DNA from: Pelagomonas calceolata | Taxonomy: Eukaryota | Length of the DNA: 64,000 nucleotides | Assembly: GCA_918797485.1 (NCBI GenBank) | Contig: CAKKNE010000003.1 | Span: 3,906,001-3,970,000, forward strand | Direction of reading: 5' to 3' | Shown: positions 12,274-22,629 of the stretch, one piece after another | Layout of the letters: each line of letters starts with the position of its first letter | Position numbering within the stretch: the stretch's first letter is position 1 | The notes under the pieces: model-generated | Database searches by the model: none | Told to the model about the DNA's origin: nothing | What the model saw: only the letters and a program-made list of their open reading frames with translations | Position numbers and translations under genes: made by a program

Positions 12274-12464
12274 GCAGAAGCTGGTGCTCTGAGCTCTCTT
12301 TGTGCTAGAGCTCTCCTATTTTTTTAGACGCAACATGCCTAAAAAGAAGCGTCGCGCGCATCTTACGTAAGACTGTGAGTGTATGATAGGCTACTACCCG
12401 GGCGCGTCGCGGGAAGGTGCGGCGCGTGCACACGTTTGTCATAAGCAAGATATATGTACACAAA

Positions 12465-13836
12465 CTAGCCCCCGACGCACGCCTTCGCCCCTTCAGAACT
12501 CTCGACGTCGTAGAACGCGGAATGACAATGAGTCTCCAACAACGCGACGCCTTCGGGCCCCCGCACCGGTTGGGACTCGCCGTCGTCCCGCTTGATCCAG
12601 TAGAAGCCGTCCTGGGCCCCCAGATTCACGCAGATGGAGTAGCGGCCGCCGCTGTCGCCCTCGAACTCCGGCTCGGGATCGCCCCTTTCCTTCCGCGAGT
12701 GGAAGAGCATGACCGCGCCGAGCGCATAGACGACGGCGTTCGACGGGGGGACCTCCTTCTCTTTCAAAGCGCGGGGCTGGCCCGTTTCTCCATCAAAAAG
12801 CACCCGCGACGGTAAGGCGACTCGGTGGCGACTCAGACCAGCACCACTACTTCTCAAAATGATGACCCACAACAGGTGCGGCGCGGCCGCCGCGGGCACG
12901 GGCGTGAAGCGCGGGAAGGACTCGTGGAGGGCCGGGCCCGCGGTGCCGCACGTCGGGCAGCGCACGCGCGCGGGTCCGTCCGCGTTCGCTCGGTGCAGCG
13001 GCGCCGCCGGCGGCCGCGCCCGCAGCGCCCCGATGAGGTCCGAGCAGCGCTCGGCGGGAGCTTGTTGAATCCAGGCGGCGTCGTCGTCCTCGTGCAAGGC
13101 GTGGCCTGCGCGCGTAATGACTCTCTGACGGCCGCGTCGACGCCATCGACGCGACTTGAAATAACACACGGAGCCACGGACCACATTCCGGAAACGTGTA
13201 CCGGTCGAACCGCCCGCAGATGCCCACGAAGGACCGTCTCACTACATTCGCCGGCAAACAAGATAAGACCACGTGCGCCAGGCGGAACCAGTCGGCCGGC
13301 GAGTCGATATTTAAAGTTGTACCTGCCGCGCGAGCTGTCTCCGCGAGCTTCTGGCAGCAGACTGCTGTTTTATGCCTCACGATCGACGCGTCCGGGTCCC
13401 TCGACGCGCAATCTTGGTCCATGGCCTCGAAGAGACGTAACAAACCTTGTGTTGCCTTCCGCGCGCAGGGCGGGTCGGCGTTGTCCACGCCTCGCAGACC
13501 GGACGGGATTGAACCCTTCGTGGCGAGTGCATCATGTAAACCCCTTCGGAACGACGGATGGGCCCTATATAAAGCTTGCACGAGAGGAGGTAAAGGGTGG
13601 CCTCGTCGTCTCGTCGGGTGCGGCGCCCGCGGCGTCCGTCTCAGTAAACAGAACGGCGCCAGGGCACCTCGCAGGACATGCGCCGGCAGGCCGACGCGTC
13701 GCAAGCCGAGGCAGGCCGCTCCGTACTGCTCCACACTTAATGCGGTGTAGGGCTTCGGCGCCGTCGGGACTGGGGCGTCCTTGCGCGGCGCGTCGAGCCG
13801 TAGCCGCGAGATCTTGGCCTCGAGGGCGGCAGCCAT
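12465..13836 (-). CDS. Divergent USP (peptidase C19)-like protein, probably inactive (intron 13106-13169)
   Basis: Cys-box-like PSGLRGVDNADPPCARKATQGL, finger CPTCG, and His-box-like YALGAVMLFH...GGRYSICV...YWIKRDD. A 64-nt GT-AG intron restores the frame. Confidence 0.5.
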
Positions 13837-13876
13837 GGCTTCTCTTTGGCTTTCTCTTTGGCTTTCTCTTTGGCTT
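13837..13876. repeat. 12-bp tandem repeat (GGCTTTCTCTTT) x~3 just upstream of the start codon
   Basis: Directly visible in the sequence. Confidence 0.7.
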
Positions 13877-14315
13877 CGCGCGCTTCGGCTACTGGCTGCA
13901 CGTCGCAAGGAGCTCTAATTCTTAGGTCCTCTTGCACGGCGGCTGCGTCGCGCGGGGCTCACGCTTGGCCGGGCCGCAGCGCGGCGACGTTTTTTTTCTA
14001 GTTAGTTATGCGAGGCGTGGCCGCGTGGGACCACTGGGGCTTTAGCTTCGCACGTAGGGCACGTCGGCCTCTGCCTTCATCCTAGTGCCTTACAGACCGC
14101 TAGCTCACCCTGCATTATTTTTTTGTGAGGGCAGCCCTCTGGCCGGCCGACGCGCGCGGGGCCAGCTGCAGGTCGCAGAGCGCATCGCAAGAGGTCGCCT
14201 CTGGCGTGCCTCAACGCGCGCGCGTCGACAGACCGCGTCTCGGAGCGTCCAGAGGCCGCTGCGCACCAGCGGCGCCGGCACGCAGCCGCGGCGGAACGCA
14301 TCGATGCGCGCAGCC

Positions 14316-16816
14316 ATGCGGCTCCTCCTACTCTTACAAGCAGCAAGCACCTTGAACGTCTCCGTCGTGCCGTCCTACTTCCGCTCCCCGAAGGAGCGCA
14401 ACTTCTTTAGGAGATACGGCAAGTGGCAGATTGACGAGAGACGCTGCGACAGGTTCATTCGGAACCGCGCCTACGACAAGACGTGCCAGCGGCTGGACCC
14501 TAAACCAAATGAATTGCTCCCGTTGCTCGTGACAGGAGCTCCTGGAAGTGGCACGCGCGCGGTCTTCGAACTGGTCTATGCGATGTGCCACAAAGCTACC
14601 AGAGAGTGTCGTCAATATCCGGAGTTCAACACGACACTCGATGCTGCCGTAGTGCTCCAGCCGCACGGTTCACCAAAACCGCCCCGAGGGACGCCACCGA
14701 TCATCTTCGAAAACCCCTGCTGCGAGGTCTGCCACGAGGGCTACGGGGACATGGCTACGGTGTCCTCCGTGCACGCCGTGAACGAACAGACGATGGGCGT
14801 GCCTTACCCCTATACGGACGAGCGGAGCGGCTGGTGGCTGAAACGACAAATCGTGGACAAGTACGGCTACGCGAACGCGTTCACGCCTCGTTTCAGACGA
14901 GTTGTCCATCTGATCCGGTGTCCGTTGGCGAACATCCAGACCTTGCTGAAGTCGACGGCACCGCTCATGCGGTTCGTCGAGGCCTTCACGGCACCTAAAC
15001 TCGAAGCCAGATGTGTGGCGCACGCCTGTGATGCTGATTTCGCTTCCAGATTGGGGTGGGCGACGGCGGCGTACGTGGCCTGGGTCGAGCATATCGACCT
15101 CGTCGCGCACGAGACGCTGCGCATCGACGCCTTCGACGCGACGCATACGTGGGCCAGTCGCCTGGAGAAGGCGGAGATGCTTTGTGTCTTGGCGTTCTTG
15201 AATAAGAATCGGAAGCCGCACGGCTGCGGCGATCGGCGGCGGAAGCTCGCCGACGTCGAACTTGGAAAGAATAGGACGCGACCCCTGCCTTTATTAACTT
15301 TGAAACATCTGGAGGAGGCGACCTGGCCGTCGCAGATAGACGGACCCGCTACTGTTCAGAGACTCAAGGCCTTTTGCGCCAAGCATGGCTTCGAGGGCCC
15401 TTGTGCTGGTATTAGTGACTACAAAGCTGTCCACTGGGACCTCGACAACGATATGATAAAGGAGGGCCCGCTACCTCCGAAAAGAGTCAGTGAGGAGCCC
15501 ACGAAAATGACAATAGAAGCATGCCTCACGAGCGACGCGTGCTCGCCCTTCACGGCGTGCCCTTCAAAAGCCTCGAGGGACTGCCTCCGAGCGAGTGTGC
15601 CCTTCCGCACTCCTCTCAGAAGAATCTCGTGCTGCTTTCGCTGTTGCACACAGCACTGGCTCGACACGACGCGACTCGGACGGAACCTCGACGCGGCGGG
15701 CGCGGGCATGCTTCAAATCTCGGAAAGCGCTTCTGTCAGATACAGCAAGCCGAACCCGGACAGCGGGGACTTCGGGCTCGCGCCGCGGACGAACGTCCTC
15801 GCGCACCCGCACATGTTCGCGGCGGCGCGGAAATCTGGCACGTACGCCATCGAACAGTTCCACGCAGGTTCGCGGCCGTTGCTGACGTCCATGTGCACCC
15901 GATGACAGGGTGTAGAGTTGTGGACGAGAAGGACTTTGAGGCTTCCTACACACTGTTAGCAGCTTTATATCACGTCGATCCCAATATAGCCTTGCGCTCG
16001 GACGCTAGTCTGATGTCCTTCGACTTGGGCAACCAGTACAAGTGCCTGAAGAAGTTACGAGCATCTGTCAGTAAACAGAGAAGGCTCGTGACGGATTATT
16101 TTATGCCCGTGCGCTGGGCGCCCGAGAGCCCTTTGCAGCACTATTTGGCGTTGGGCCTCGCGAACAACGTCAAGGAAAGTGCCAATGCAAACACGCGGGA
16201 GCGCGTTATTGGTGTGAGAGGGCCTTCTTTATGGCAAGCGGCCCTCGAGCATCCGGCGTACGATCAATTGCCGACGGACGATCGGTTGCTGCTCTGTTGC
16301 TGCATGAACATCGACGAAAAACATCCTTTAAGATTGGAGCACTACCTCATCCTCAACAAGCATCCCGAGTTCGCCTGCGCGGCACGAGAAAAAAAACACC
16401 TCGGAGAACCGATCACGGACCCGCGCGAACATGCGATCGAAAATGACATAAATTTGATGCTCAACGGGCGGTACGGGACGCTCACGAGCATGCTCGGGAA
16501 TTTTGATGCCCACTTACCGGTGCTGATGAGAGGTTCAAGGTTTGTTTTCAGCCCGAACGGGGTCGGCGAGCAGTGCTACCGCGAGTACGAGGCCTTGGTT
16601 GCGGGGACGTATCCGCTGGTCGACGCTACTGCGAATCGGCACCGCAACGCCATCCTGGACTTGTTGCCGGTCGTGCGCGTGGAGGACTGGTCCACGGTCA
16701 CGCCCTCATTCTTACGGGCGAAGGGCCGGGAGCTTGATGGAAAGGACTACGACGTTTCCATACTATATTTGCCGTACTGGTACGACCTGCTGCTGACGGC
16801 GCTGGAGCTCGCGTAA
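14316..16816 (+). CDS. Secreted/Golgi sulfotransferase-like plus exostosin (GT47)-like two-domain protein (intron 15868-15908)
   Basis: Signal peptide MRLLLLLQAAS. LLVTGAPGSGT and VVHLIRCPLANI resemble the PAPS 5'/3' motifs. C-terminal FVFSPNGVGEQCYREYEAL...LPVVRVEDW...LYLPYW is exostosin-like. A 41-nt GT-AG intron with GCTGAC branch joins the two ORFs. Confidence 0.65.
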
Positions 16817-17277
16817 CATTGTTGTGTGTTTCTTGGTCTTCTGTTCCTTCCTTACGAGCTAGGCCGCCTAGCTACCCGGCCGCCGCGGGGCTGTTAGTCT
16901 CACAGAAACTAGTGCGCGTCTCTCGTACGAGCAGACTTCCCGGCAGAAGCGCCTCGGCACACCCCTCCCGAACCATCACGCGCAGTCTCGCGTATGTTGT
17001 TACGGTGCAGACTCGCTGAGGCTGAGGCTACTCGCTTGCTAGTGTCTTACTGACGCTAGCTAGCCAATTTGCACGCAAGCGCATGCAGTCGTAACAGCCG
17101 CGTTGCAGCCATAACTTTCGCATAGTTGCGCTTCCTGGGCGTGTGTTCTCCGGCGCCAGACTCCGCATTGGTCGCGTACTGGACAGTGGCATCACACCTG
17201 CAGCCTGCAGCTGTAGTGCCGCGAGCGCCGAGCCCCGCGCGAGCCTGGGACAACTCAGCACGCCCCGCGTCGGACGC

Positions 17278-17667
17278 ATGGGCCGCGGCGACGCCGCAAC
17301 GGGCCCGCTCGGCGCGCTGCCGGGGCTCACGTGGGACCCGGCAAGGGAGCGGTACTTCGCGGGAGCCGCCGCCGCCGCGCCGGCGCCGCCGGCGGCACCG
17401 GCGGCACCAATCACATACGAGGCCGTCGCCGCGTGGCCCGCGGCCGCGCGCGTCGTGGAGACGCTTCCCGGCGCGGCTTCAAGTGAAGACGCGTGCCCGG
17501 TGTGCCTCGAGGCGCTCTCGTCGAAAGTCGTGGCGCTGCCCTGCGGCCACCGGCTCCACCGGCGCTGCGCCGATCCGTGGCTGAGGCGGCGGGGGTCCTG
17601 CCCGGCCTGCCGGCGCGGCGTCGACCGCGCGCTGGAAACCGCGGCGCGGGCGGCGGCGCCGGCGTGA
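17278..17667 (+). CDS. Small RING-H2 E3 ligase-like protein
   Basis: CPVCLE...LPCGHRLHRRCADPWL...SCPACR. Confidence 0.8.
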   Translation: MGRGDAATGPLGALPGLTWDPARERYFAGAAAAAPAPPAAPAAPITYEAVAAWPAAARVVETLPGAASSEDACPVCLEALSSKVVALPCGHRLHRRCADPWLRRRGSCPACRRGVDRALETAARAAAPA

Positions 17668-17901
17668 CGTCGTGTAAGGGTTGTGTGTCGTGTCATCCAT
17701 GGCGGCCACTCGACGCGCGTGCGGGTTTGGAGCTTTGCGGATCCGGGGCATCCGCATGGTTTTTTGGCTTTCAGCTTCTGCCCTGGGATCCGCGCGGCAG
17801 CGTCGCAACATCCGTCGGGCCCGAATAGTGCAGCTGCGGCGCTTCCTCGGCTGCCCCAGCCTGTGCTACCCATTTGTTGTTGCTCGGAGCGGTAAGTAAG
17901 A

Positions 17902-19278
17902 ATGGCGGCGGTGGCGGCCGAGGCGAACGGCGAGCCACTCTTTGGGCAGGTCGTGGGGCAGCTGGAGCCCAGCCCGCTCATGGACGAGCGAGTGTTGCGC
18001 CGGTTGTGCGGCATGCTGGGCGTGCCCGCGGCGGGCTCGCTCGCCGACCAGGCCGCGGCCTGCCGCGCGGCGCTGCTCGGCGGGGAGCCGGAGCCGGCGG
18101 CGGTCGCGCCGCGGGGTCAGGCAATGGAGCGCGCCTACGAGGGAACGGCACGCGGCTCCGTTGAGTCCCTCGGGCGCTGGAACGAGAAAGGCGACGACCG
18201 CGCGATGCCCGTCAAGCTTAAAGCTGAGACTCTGAGAGAGAAAAAAAACATGGTCCGAGTTGGCTTCGGCAAGCTCGTCGACGAGCTCGTACAGACTAAA
18301 GGCGCTTCAAGCGGCATTCTCGCGATCAGCAACTGGAAAAAGATGCGCGGGCCCCATGAAGTTACGGTTTCGGGAGTTTCCTGGTCCGCCAGCCCGGACG
18401 ACGTGAGCTACCAGCGGCACGGCTTTGTTGGGATGGAGTCTGGCCAGCGCCAGAATATCCGCTTCCCCGACTTCGAGGGCGTCGTCGACGATTTTGGAGA
18501 AGAAGACCAGATTGCGGTCTACCGCGTCACGCTGCCGAGCGGAGGCCTCCGAGGAAAATGGGCCGGTCGCCCGCCGCCGCCCGCGCCGGAGGACCTCTAC
18601 ACCGGCCCGCGGAGCGACGGGCTGCTGAGCACGGAGGAGATCAGCGGCGAGTATTCGGCCGCTTGTATATGTGCTGGTTGTCCATGGATATGCAACTCGA
18701 TGACCGTGGTGCCGCTCGGGCCCGATATGATCGAGACGTGGCGTACGTGCTGTCTATTTTGTCCTCCTTTTATCGGGCCGATAGTAGCAGGCGGGGTCCA
18801 GACGCGCAACCCGGGCACCAATACGTTTCGCGACCCGCATCCGAGCAAAATCGTGACGTTCTCGGCCGACGGCACGGCCCGGGCCACACAAGGATGCGGT
18901 AACTTTAAAAAACGCCGGACCTCGCAGAAACGGACCTTCCAAAAGGTCGATGCGAGGGACCTCGCGGGCAACTGGCGCGGCTGCTTTTGCCATCCGCTGG
19001 TGTATTCTTGGCCGTTTTCGCCCGTTTTCTGCACTACGAAGACGGCGCTCAACGAGGACCAGTACGAGGAGTCGGGTCGCTGTTGTTTTCTGTGTTTGCC
19101 GATTCCCATTTCCGGAACGCACACGCGGGTATACGTGAACGGCCACCCGACGAATGGGTTCGACAGCACTAATTGTTGCGGTGCCCCCGATTTCCACTGG
19201 CATCGCGACCCCGGCTGCGCCGCCCAGAATCCCGGGTCAAATGCCGGGTCATTCATCTTCGCGAAGAAGGTCGGCTAG
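17902..19278 (+). CDS. Uncharacterised protein with two Cys-rich internal repeat modules
   Basis: 458-aa ATG ORF. Two related modules: ISGEYSAAC...TCCLFCPP...TRNPGTNTF and LAGNWRGC...RCCFLCLP...TRVYVNGHPTNGF. Confidence 0.6.
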   Translation: MAAVAAEANGEPLFGQVVGQLEPSPLMDERVLRRLCGMLGVPAAGSLADQAAACRAALLGGEPEPAAVAPRGQAMERAYEGTARGSVESLGRWNEKGDDRAMPVKLKAETLREKKNMVRVGFGKLVDELVQTKGASSGILAISNWKKMRGPHEVTVSGVSWSASPDDVSYQRHGFVGMESGQRQNIRFPDFEGVVDDFGEEDQIAVYRVTLPSGGLRGKWAGRPPPPAPEDLYTGPRSDGLLSTEEISGEYSAACICAGCPWICNSMTVVPLGPDMIETWRTCCLFCPPFIGPIVAGGVQTRNPGTNTFRDPHPSKIVTFSADGTARATQGCGNFKKRRTSQKRTFQKVDARDLAGNWRGCFCHPLVYSWPFSPVFCTTKTALNEDQYEESGRCCFLCLPIPISGTHTRVYVNGHPTNGFDSTNCCGAPDFHWHRDPGCAAQNPGSNAGSFIFAKKVG

Positions 19279-19302
19279 TCCAGACACACCTAATAAGATT
19301 AA

Positions 19303-20073
19303 TTAACTCGTCGCCTCCGCGAAGAACGCCGCCGACGCGAGCTGCACGCGGACGCGCGCGAGGTCGTAGTCGTGCGCGCCCTCGACGAGGCCCCACCGCT
19401 CGATATTCGCCGTCTCCTCGACGCGCGCCGCGGCCTCGGCCCCCTCGGCGTCGATTTCACAGTCGAGGAGCGCCAGACCAATCGCGATCGACTTGCTCTC
19501 GAAGGTCGCCGCCTGCAGCGCGGCGAGGTGGTAGTTTGATAGGGCCGCGCAGGCTGTCGTCAAGGCGTCGAGAGCCTCGGGCGGCGTCGGCGGCGCCCGC
19601 AACGCGCCGGGCGCGCCTCGTATCAACTCAGCGCCGTGCTTTTCACGGAGCCACGCGAGGATGGGTTCGTGGTATTTGTCCTGGCGCCGGCGCACCTCGG
19701 GCTCGCGCGCCGCGTCGGCGACGAAGCGGCACGTGTCCGTGGCCGCGTACGCCAAGATATTTTTTTCCGTCTGGTCCCGCTCCTTCGGGATCTGGTCGAT
19801 TGCGGTGGACGCGAGGGCCATGAGCGGCATGGCCGCCGGCTCGATCTTGTCGGTTTGGGCGTCCCATTCCGCAGCGATGGCGAGCGCGAGGCGCTCCGTC
19901 GGGAGGCGCAGCGCCTGGCCCGCGGGCGTCGGCAGCGGCCGCGCGTCGAGGGTCACGCGCCAGGCGGCGCCGTCCCTCTCGATACTAGTATGCTTGTAGA
20001 AGCGCGGGCGCGAGGCGGCGCCGCGGCGCTGGCGTACCGTGGCTGGCCGGCTGCGGAGGCAGCAGCGCTGCAT
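19303..20073 (-). CDS. ATP12: Mitochondrial F1-ATPase assembly factor ATP12
   Basis: RPRFYK, VTLDARPLPTP, LALAIAAEWDAQ, MPLMALASTAID, AARVEETANIERWGLVEGAHD, with an Arg-rich N-terminal presequence. Confidence 0.92.
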   Translation of the reverse strand: MQRCCLRSRPATVRQRRGAASRPRFYKHTSIERDGAAWRVTLDARPLPTPAGQALRLPTERLALAIAAEWDAQTDKIEPAAMPLMALASTAIDQIPKERDQTEKNILAYAATDTCRFVADAAREPEVRRRQDKYHEPILAWLREKHGAELIRGAPGALRAPPTPPEALDALTTACAALSNYHLAALQAATFESKSIAIGLALLDCEIDAEGAEAAARVEETANIERWGLVEGAHDYDLARVRVQLASAAFFAEATS

Positions 20074-20371
20074 TTCACTTGTTGGGCCCCTTCGCCGGCC
20101 GCACGTTGCCACTGCTGGTTTTTCGTGAGTAATAACTCAAATTACAGCAGCCGGCGGGTGACTTTAGCAGCGAGAGCGTCCAAAAAGCTGCGAAGGCCGC
20201 ACATAATGCTAGCGTCCGGTAAGACACTAGCAAGAAGCCCTGAGGAGGAGGCAATTGAAGGCTGCTGCAGTGCCCTGGTAGAGCGCTAGCAAGTTGCAAC
20301 GTGTGTCCAAAAGCTCTCTCTCGGACGACCCCGCCATCCCGCGCTGCATTCGCGCCACTGCAGCAAAGCTG

Positions 20372-22546
20372 ATGGCCCTCCCGCGCTGCCTTGCAATCCT
20401 CGCCGCCGCCCATGCTTTCCTGCTACCTGCACAGAAAGCGCGCACGTCATTAAGAAGAGCGACGGGCCCCGTCGTGCTTATTGGAGAGGACAGCTTCGGC
20501 GAGGAGCTGGCCTGTTTGGGGCAATCCGCAGCCACCGCTCTCAGCGGTCTGAGTGTTGCGGTGCGAGGCAAGGACGAGCTCCGGAACGTCCTGAAAAACG
20601 TCGACGCCAACGACGTCGTCCACTGCACGGACTCGGCTCTGACGGGCAAGGACTGGAATTTACTAGAAAGAGATGCGTGCCCGATCTGGGTCCGCTGTGT
20701 CAATGAATTCGGAAATGATGTGGTGAAAGAAATTTTCCGAAACGGAAAGCGGCGGAAGACGTGTCTGTACGAGGTCGCGGCCTGCGCGCCTTATTCTGCC
20801 GTCTTATCAATAGAGGAGCGGGCGAGTTGGGGCGGCGGTGCTTCTAGCATCAAGAGAATCGTGGACTTCCACCGGCGCGACCGGTTGTCGGACGACGAGG
20901 TCGCCTTGGAGGCGGGCCTGGACACGTTCTTCGTGTCCTTGACGTTCGAGGATTACGAGCTGCCAGAGACGCGGCAGGTGCTCGCGGAGCTCGCGAATGA
21001 TGCAAGGGTCACGGCGCTGGAGTTTCGGTGTGATCTCCTGCGAAGCTACAACCCGGGCAATGTGTTGAAGCAGTTGCATGCGGCGCGGGAGGCCTGTCAG
21101 GCGTCGTGGCGCGGTTCCGAAGCGAGGCTCATGTTTACGGTCCGGAGCGTGTCGCAAGCGGGCGCGTTTCGCGACGAAGACGTCGACGAGATGGCGTCGC
21201 TGCTCGAGTTGGGTTTAAGGGCCGGCGTCGATTGGCTCGACGTGGAAACGGAGACTTTATCGCGGAAGCAACTGAAAAAATTGAGGCGGATGGCCGACGA
21301 ACGGGGCGCTACACTCGTGTTAGGGTCGCACCACCAGCTCGGCGAGACGACGTCGTCGGCACGGGCCGAGGCGTTACTGAACAAGTGCGCGAAGCGATCG
21401 GACGGCGACGCCGTCAAGCTCGTCGTCGACGCGGCGTCCGCCGACGACGCCGCGAGCGCCGCGACCGTGGCGGACGTTGATTCAAGGCCGCCTCGAGTCG
21501 TGTTAGCTCTGGGCGATGCGGGCAAACTATCAAGGGTGTTAGGTAGAAGATTTCTGCCCGCGACGCATGAATCCTTACCGTCGACGGCAGCTCCTGGGCA
21601 AATATCGCCGAACGAAGCCCTTGCCCTCCGACGGGACTGGGGCGTCGTGTCGCCGAAGAAGTACGCTGTTTTATTGGAGAGCGACTTTGGATCTCGCTCT
21701 CCGGCGATGCACAATGCCGCGTTCCGGGCGTGCGGCCTGCCTCATCAGTATAGTGTCTTGGAGTTACCTGATCAAGGTGGTCTCGACGACGTCAACTCCG
21801 AGACGTCCCAACAGTTCCGGGACTACCTGGCCTCGCCTTCATTTGGGGGGTTATCGGTGACCATACCTCATAAGTTGCGGGTCCAGCCGTTTCTAGATGA
21901 ATTGACGGACTCCGCGCGGAAGATCGGCGCGGTCAACACGATCACGCCGCGGCCGGCCCTGGTCACGTCGCGGACGACGCTGGGCGGCGCTTCCGTCCTC
22001 ACGGGCGACAACACGGACTGGATCGGCATCTGCGAGTGCATTTCCAAGGCGCTCCGTAAGAGGTCAGGAGCGACCACGGGGCGTGCATTAGTGGTAGGGA
22101 GCGGCGGGACGGCTCGGGCCGCGTGCTACGCTATGACATCTGGAAGACGTGCTAGAGGAGAGAAGCCGTTCTCGCTGCTGGTCTACGCGCGAGACACGAG
22201 CAAGGCCGAGGAGCTCGCCAGGGCCTTTGGTGGGAAGGCCGTCGCCGATTTGGCTTCTGTGACGGTCGACGCGGTCGTGTCCACGATCCCCGGTGCCGCG
22301 AACTTTGAGCTGCCGCCGGCATGTCTCAAAAACAAGCCCGCGGTCCTCGACGCGGCGTACAAGCCCGCGTCGACGGCGTTGTTGGTGCAGGCCAAGGCCG
22401 CGGGCTGCCCCATGGCCCAGGGCGCGTCGATGCTCGTGGCCCAGGGCGTCGCGCAGCTCCAGCAGTGGACGGGGCGTGTGGCACCTATACCGGCGATGCG
22501 CGCGGCGGTCTTCGAGGGCGTCGAGGAGCTGGAGGGGGATAGTTAA
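20372..22546 (+). CDS. Plastid-targeted type I 3-dehydroquinate dehydratase / shikimate dehydrogenase with degenerate shikimate-kinase-like N-terminal region
   Basis: DHQase motifs: FFVSLTF, LEFRCDLL, FTVRSVSQAG, LGSHH, STAAPGQ. SDH motifs: SRSPAMHN, SVTIPHK, IGAVNTI, GDNTDWIG, GSGGTARA. The presequence is a signal peptide followed by AHA-F (ASAFAP-type). Confidence 0.88.
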   Translation: MALPRCLAILAAAHAFLLPAQKARTSLRRATGPVVLIGEDSFGEELACLGQSAATALSGLSVAVRGKDELRNVLKNVDANDVVHCTDSALTGKDWNLLERDACPIWVRCVNEFGNDVVKEIFRNGKRRKTCLYEVAACAPYSAVLSIEERASWGGGASSIKRIVDFHRRDRLSDDEVALEAGLDTFFVSLTFEDYELPETRQVLAELANDARVTALEFRCDLLRSYNPGNVLKQLHAAREACQASWRGSEARLMFTVRSVSQAGAFRDEDVDEMASLLELGLRAGVDWLDVETETLSRKQLKKLRRMADERGATLVLGSHHQLGETTSSARAEALLNKCAKRSDGDAVKLVVDAASADDAASAATVADVDSRPPRVVLALGDAGKLSRVLGRRFLPATHESLPSTAAPGQISPNEALALRRDWGVVSPKKYAVLLESDFGSRSPAMHNAAFRACGLPHQYSVLELPDQGGLDDVNSETSQQFRDYLASPSFGGLSVTIPHKLRVQPFLDELTDSARKIGAVNTITPRPALVTSRTTLGGASVLTGDNTDWIGICECISKALRKRSGATTGRALVVGSGGTARAACYAMTSGRRARGEKPFSLLVYARDTSKAEELARAFGGKAVADLASVTVDAVVSTIPGAANFELPPACLKNKPAVLDAAYKPASTALLVQAKAAGCPMAQGASMLVAQGVAQLQQWTGRVAPIPAMRAAVFEGVEELEGDS

Positions 22547-22629
22547 GGTTGAGCGAGAGTCGAGATAGTCGCTTAGTCCGCGAGGGAGGGGTCGGGGGAG
22601 TGGGAGGGCGCTCGCGGGGACATGCGTCG

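Noticed and set aside
15868..15908. Frame changes between adjacent ORFs as frameshifted pseudogenes
   Set aside because: Each case examined is resolved by a GT/GC-AG intron that restores the frame.
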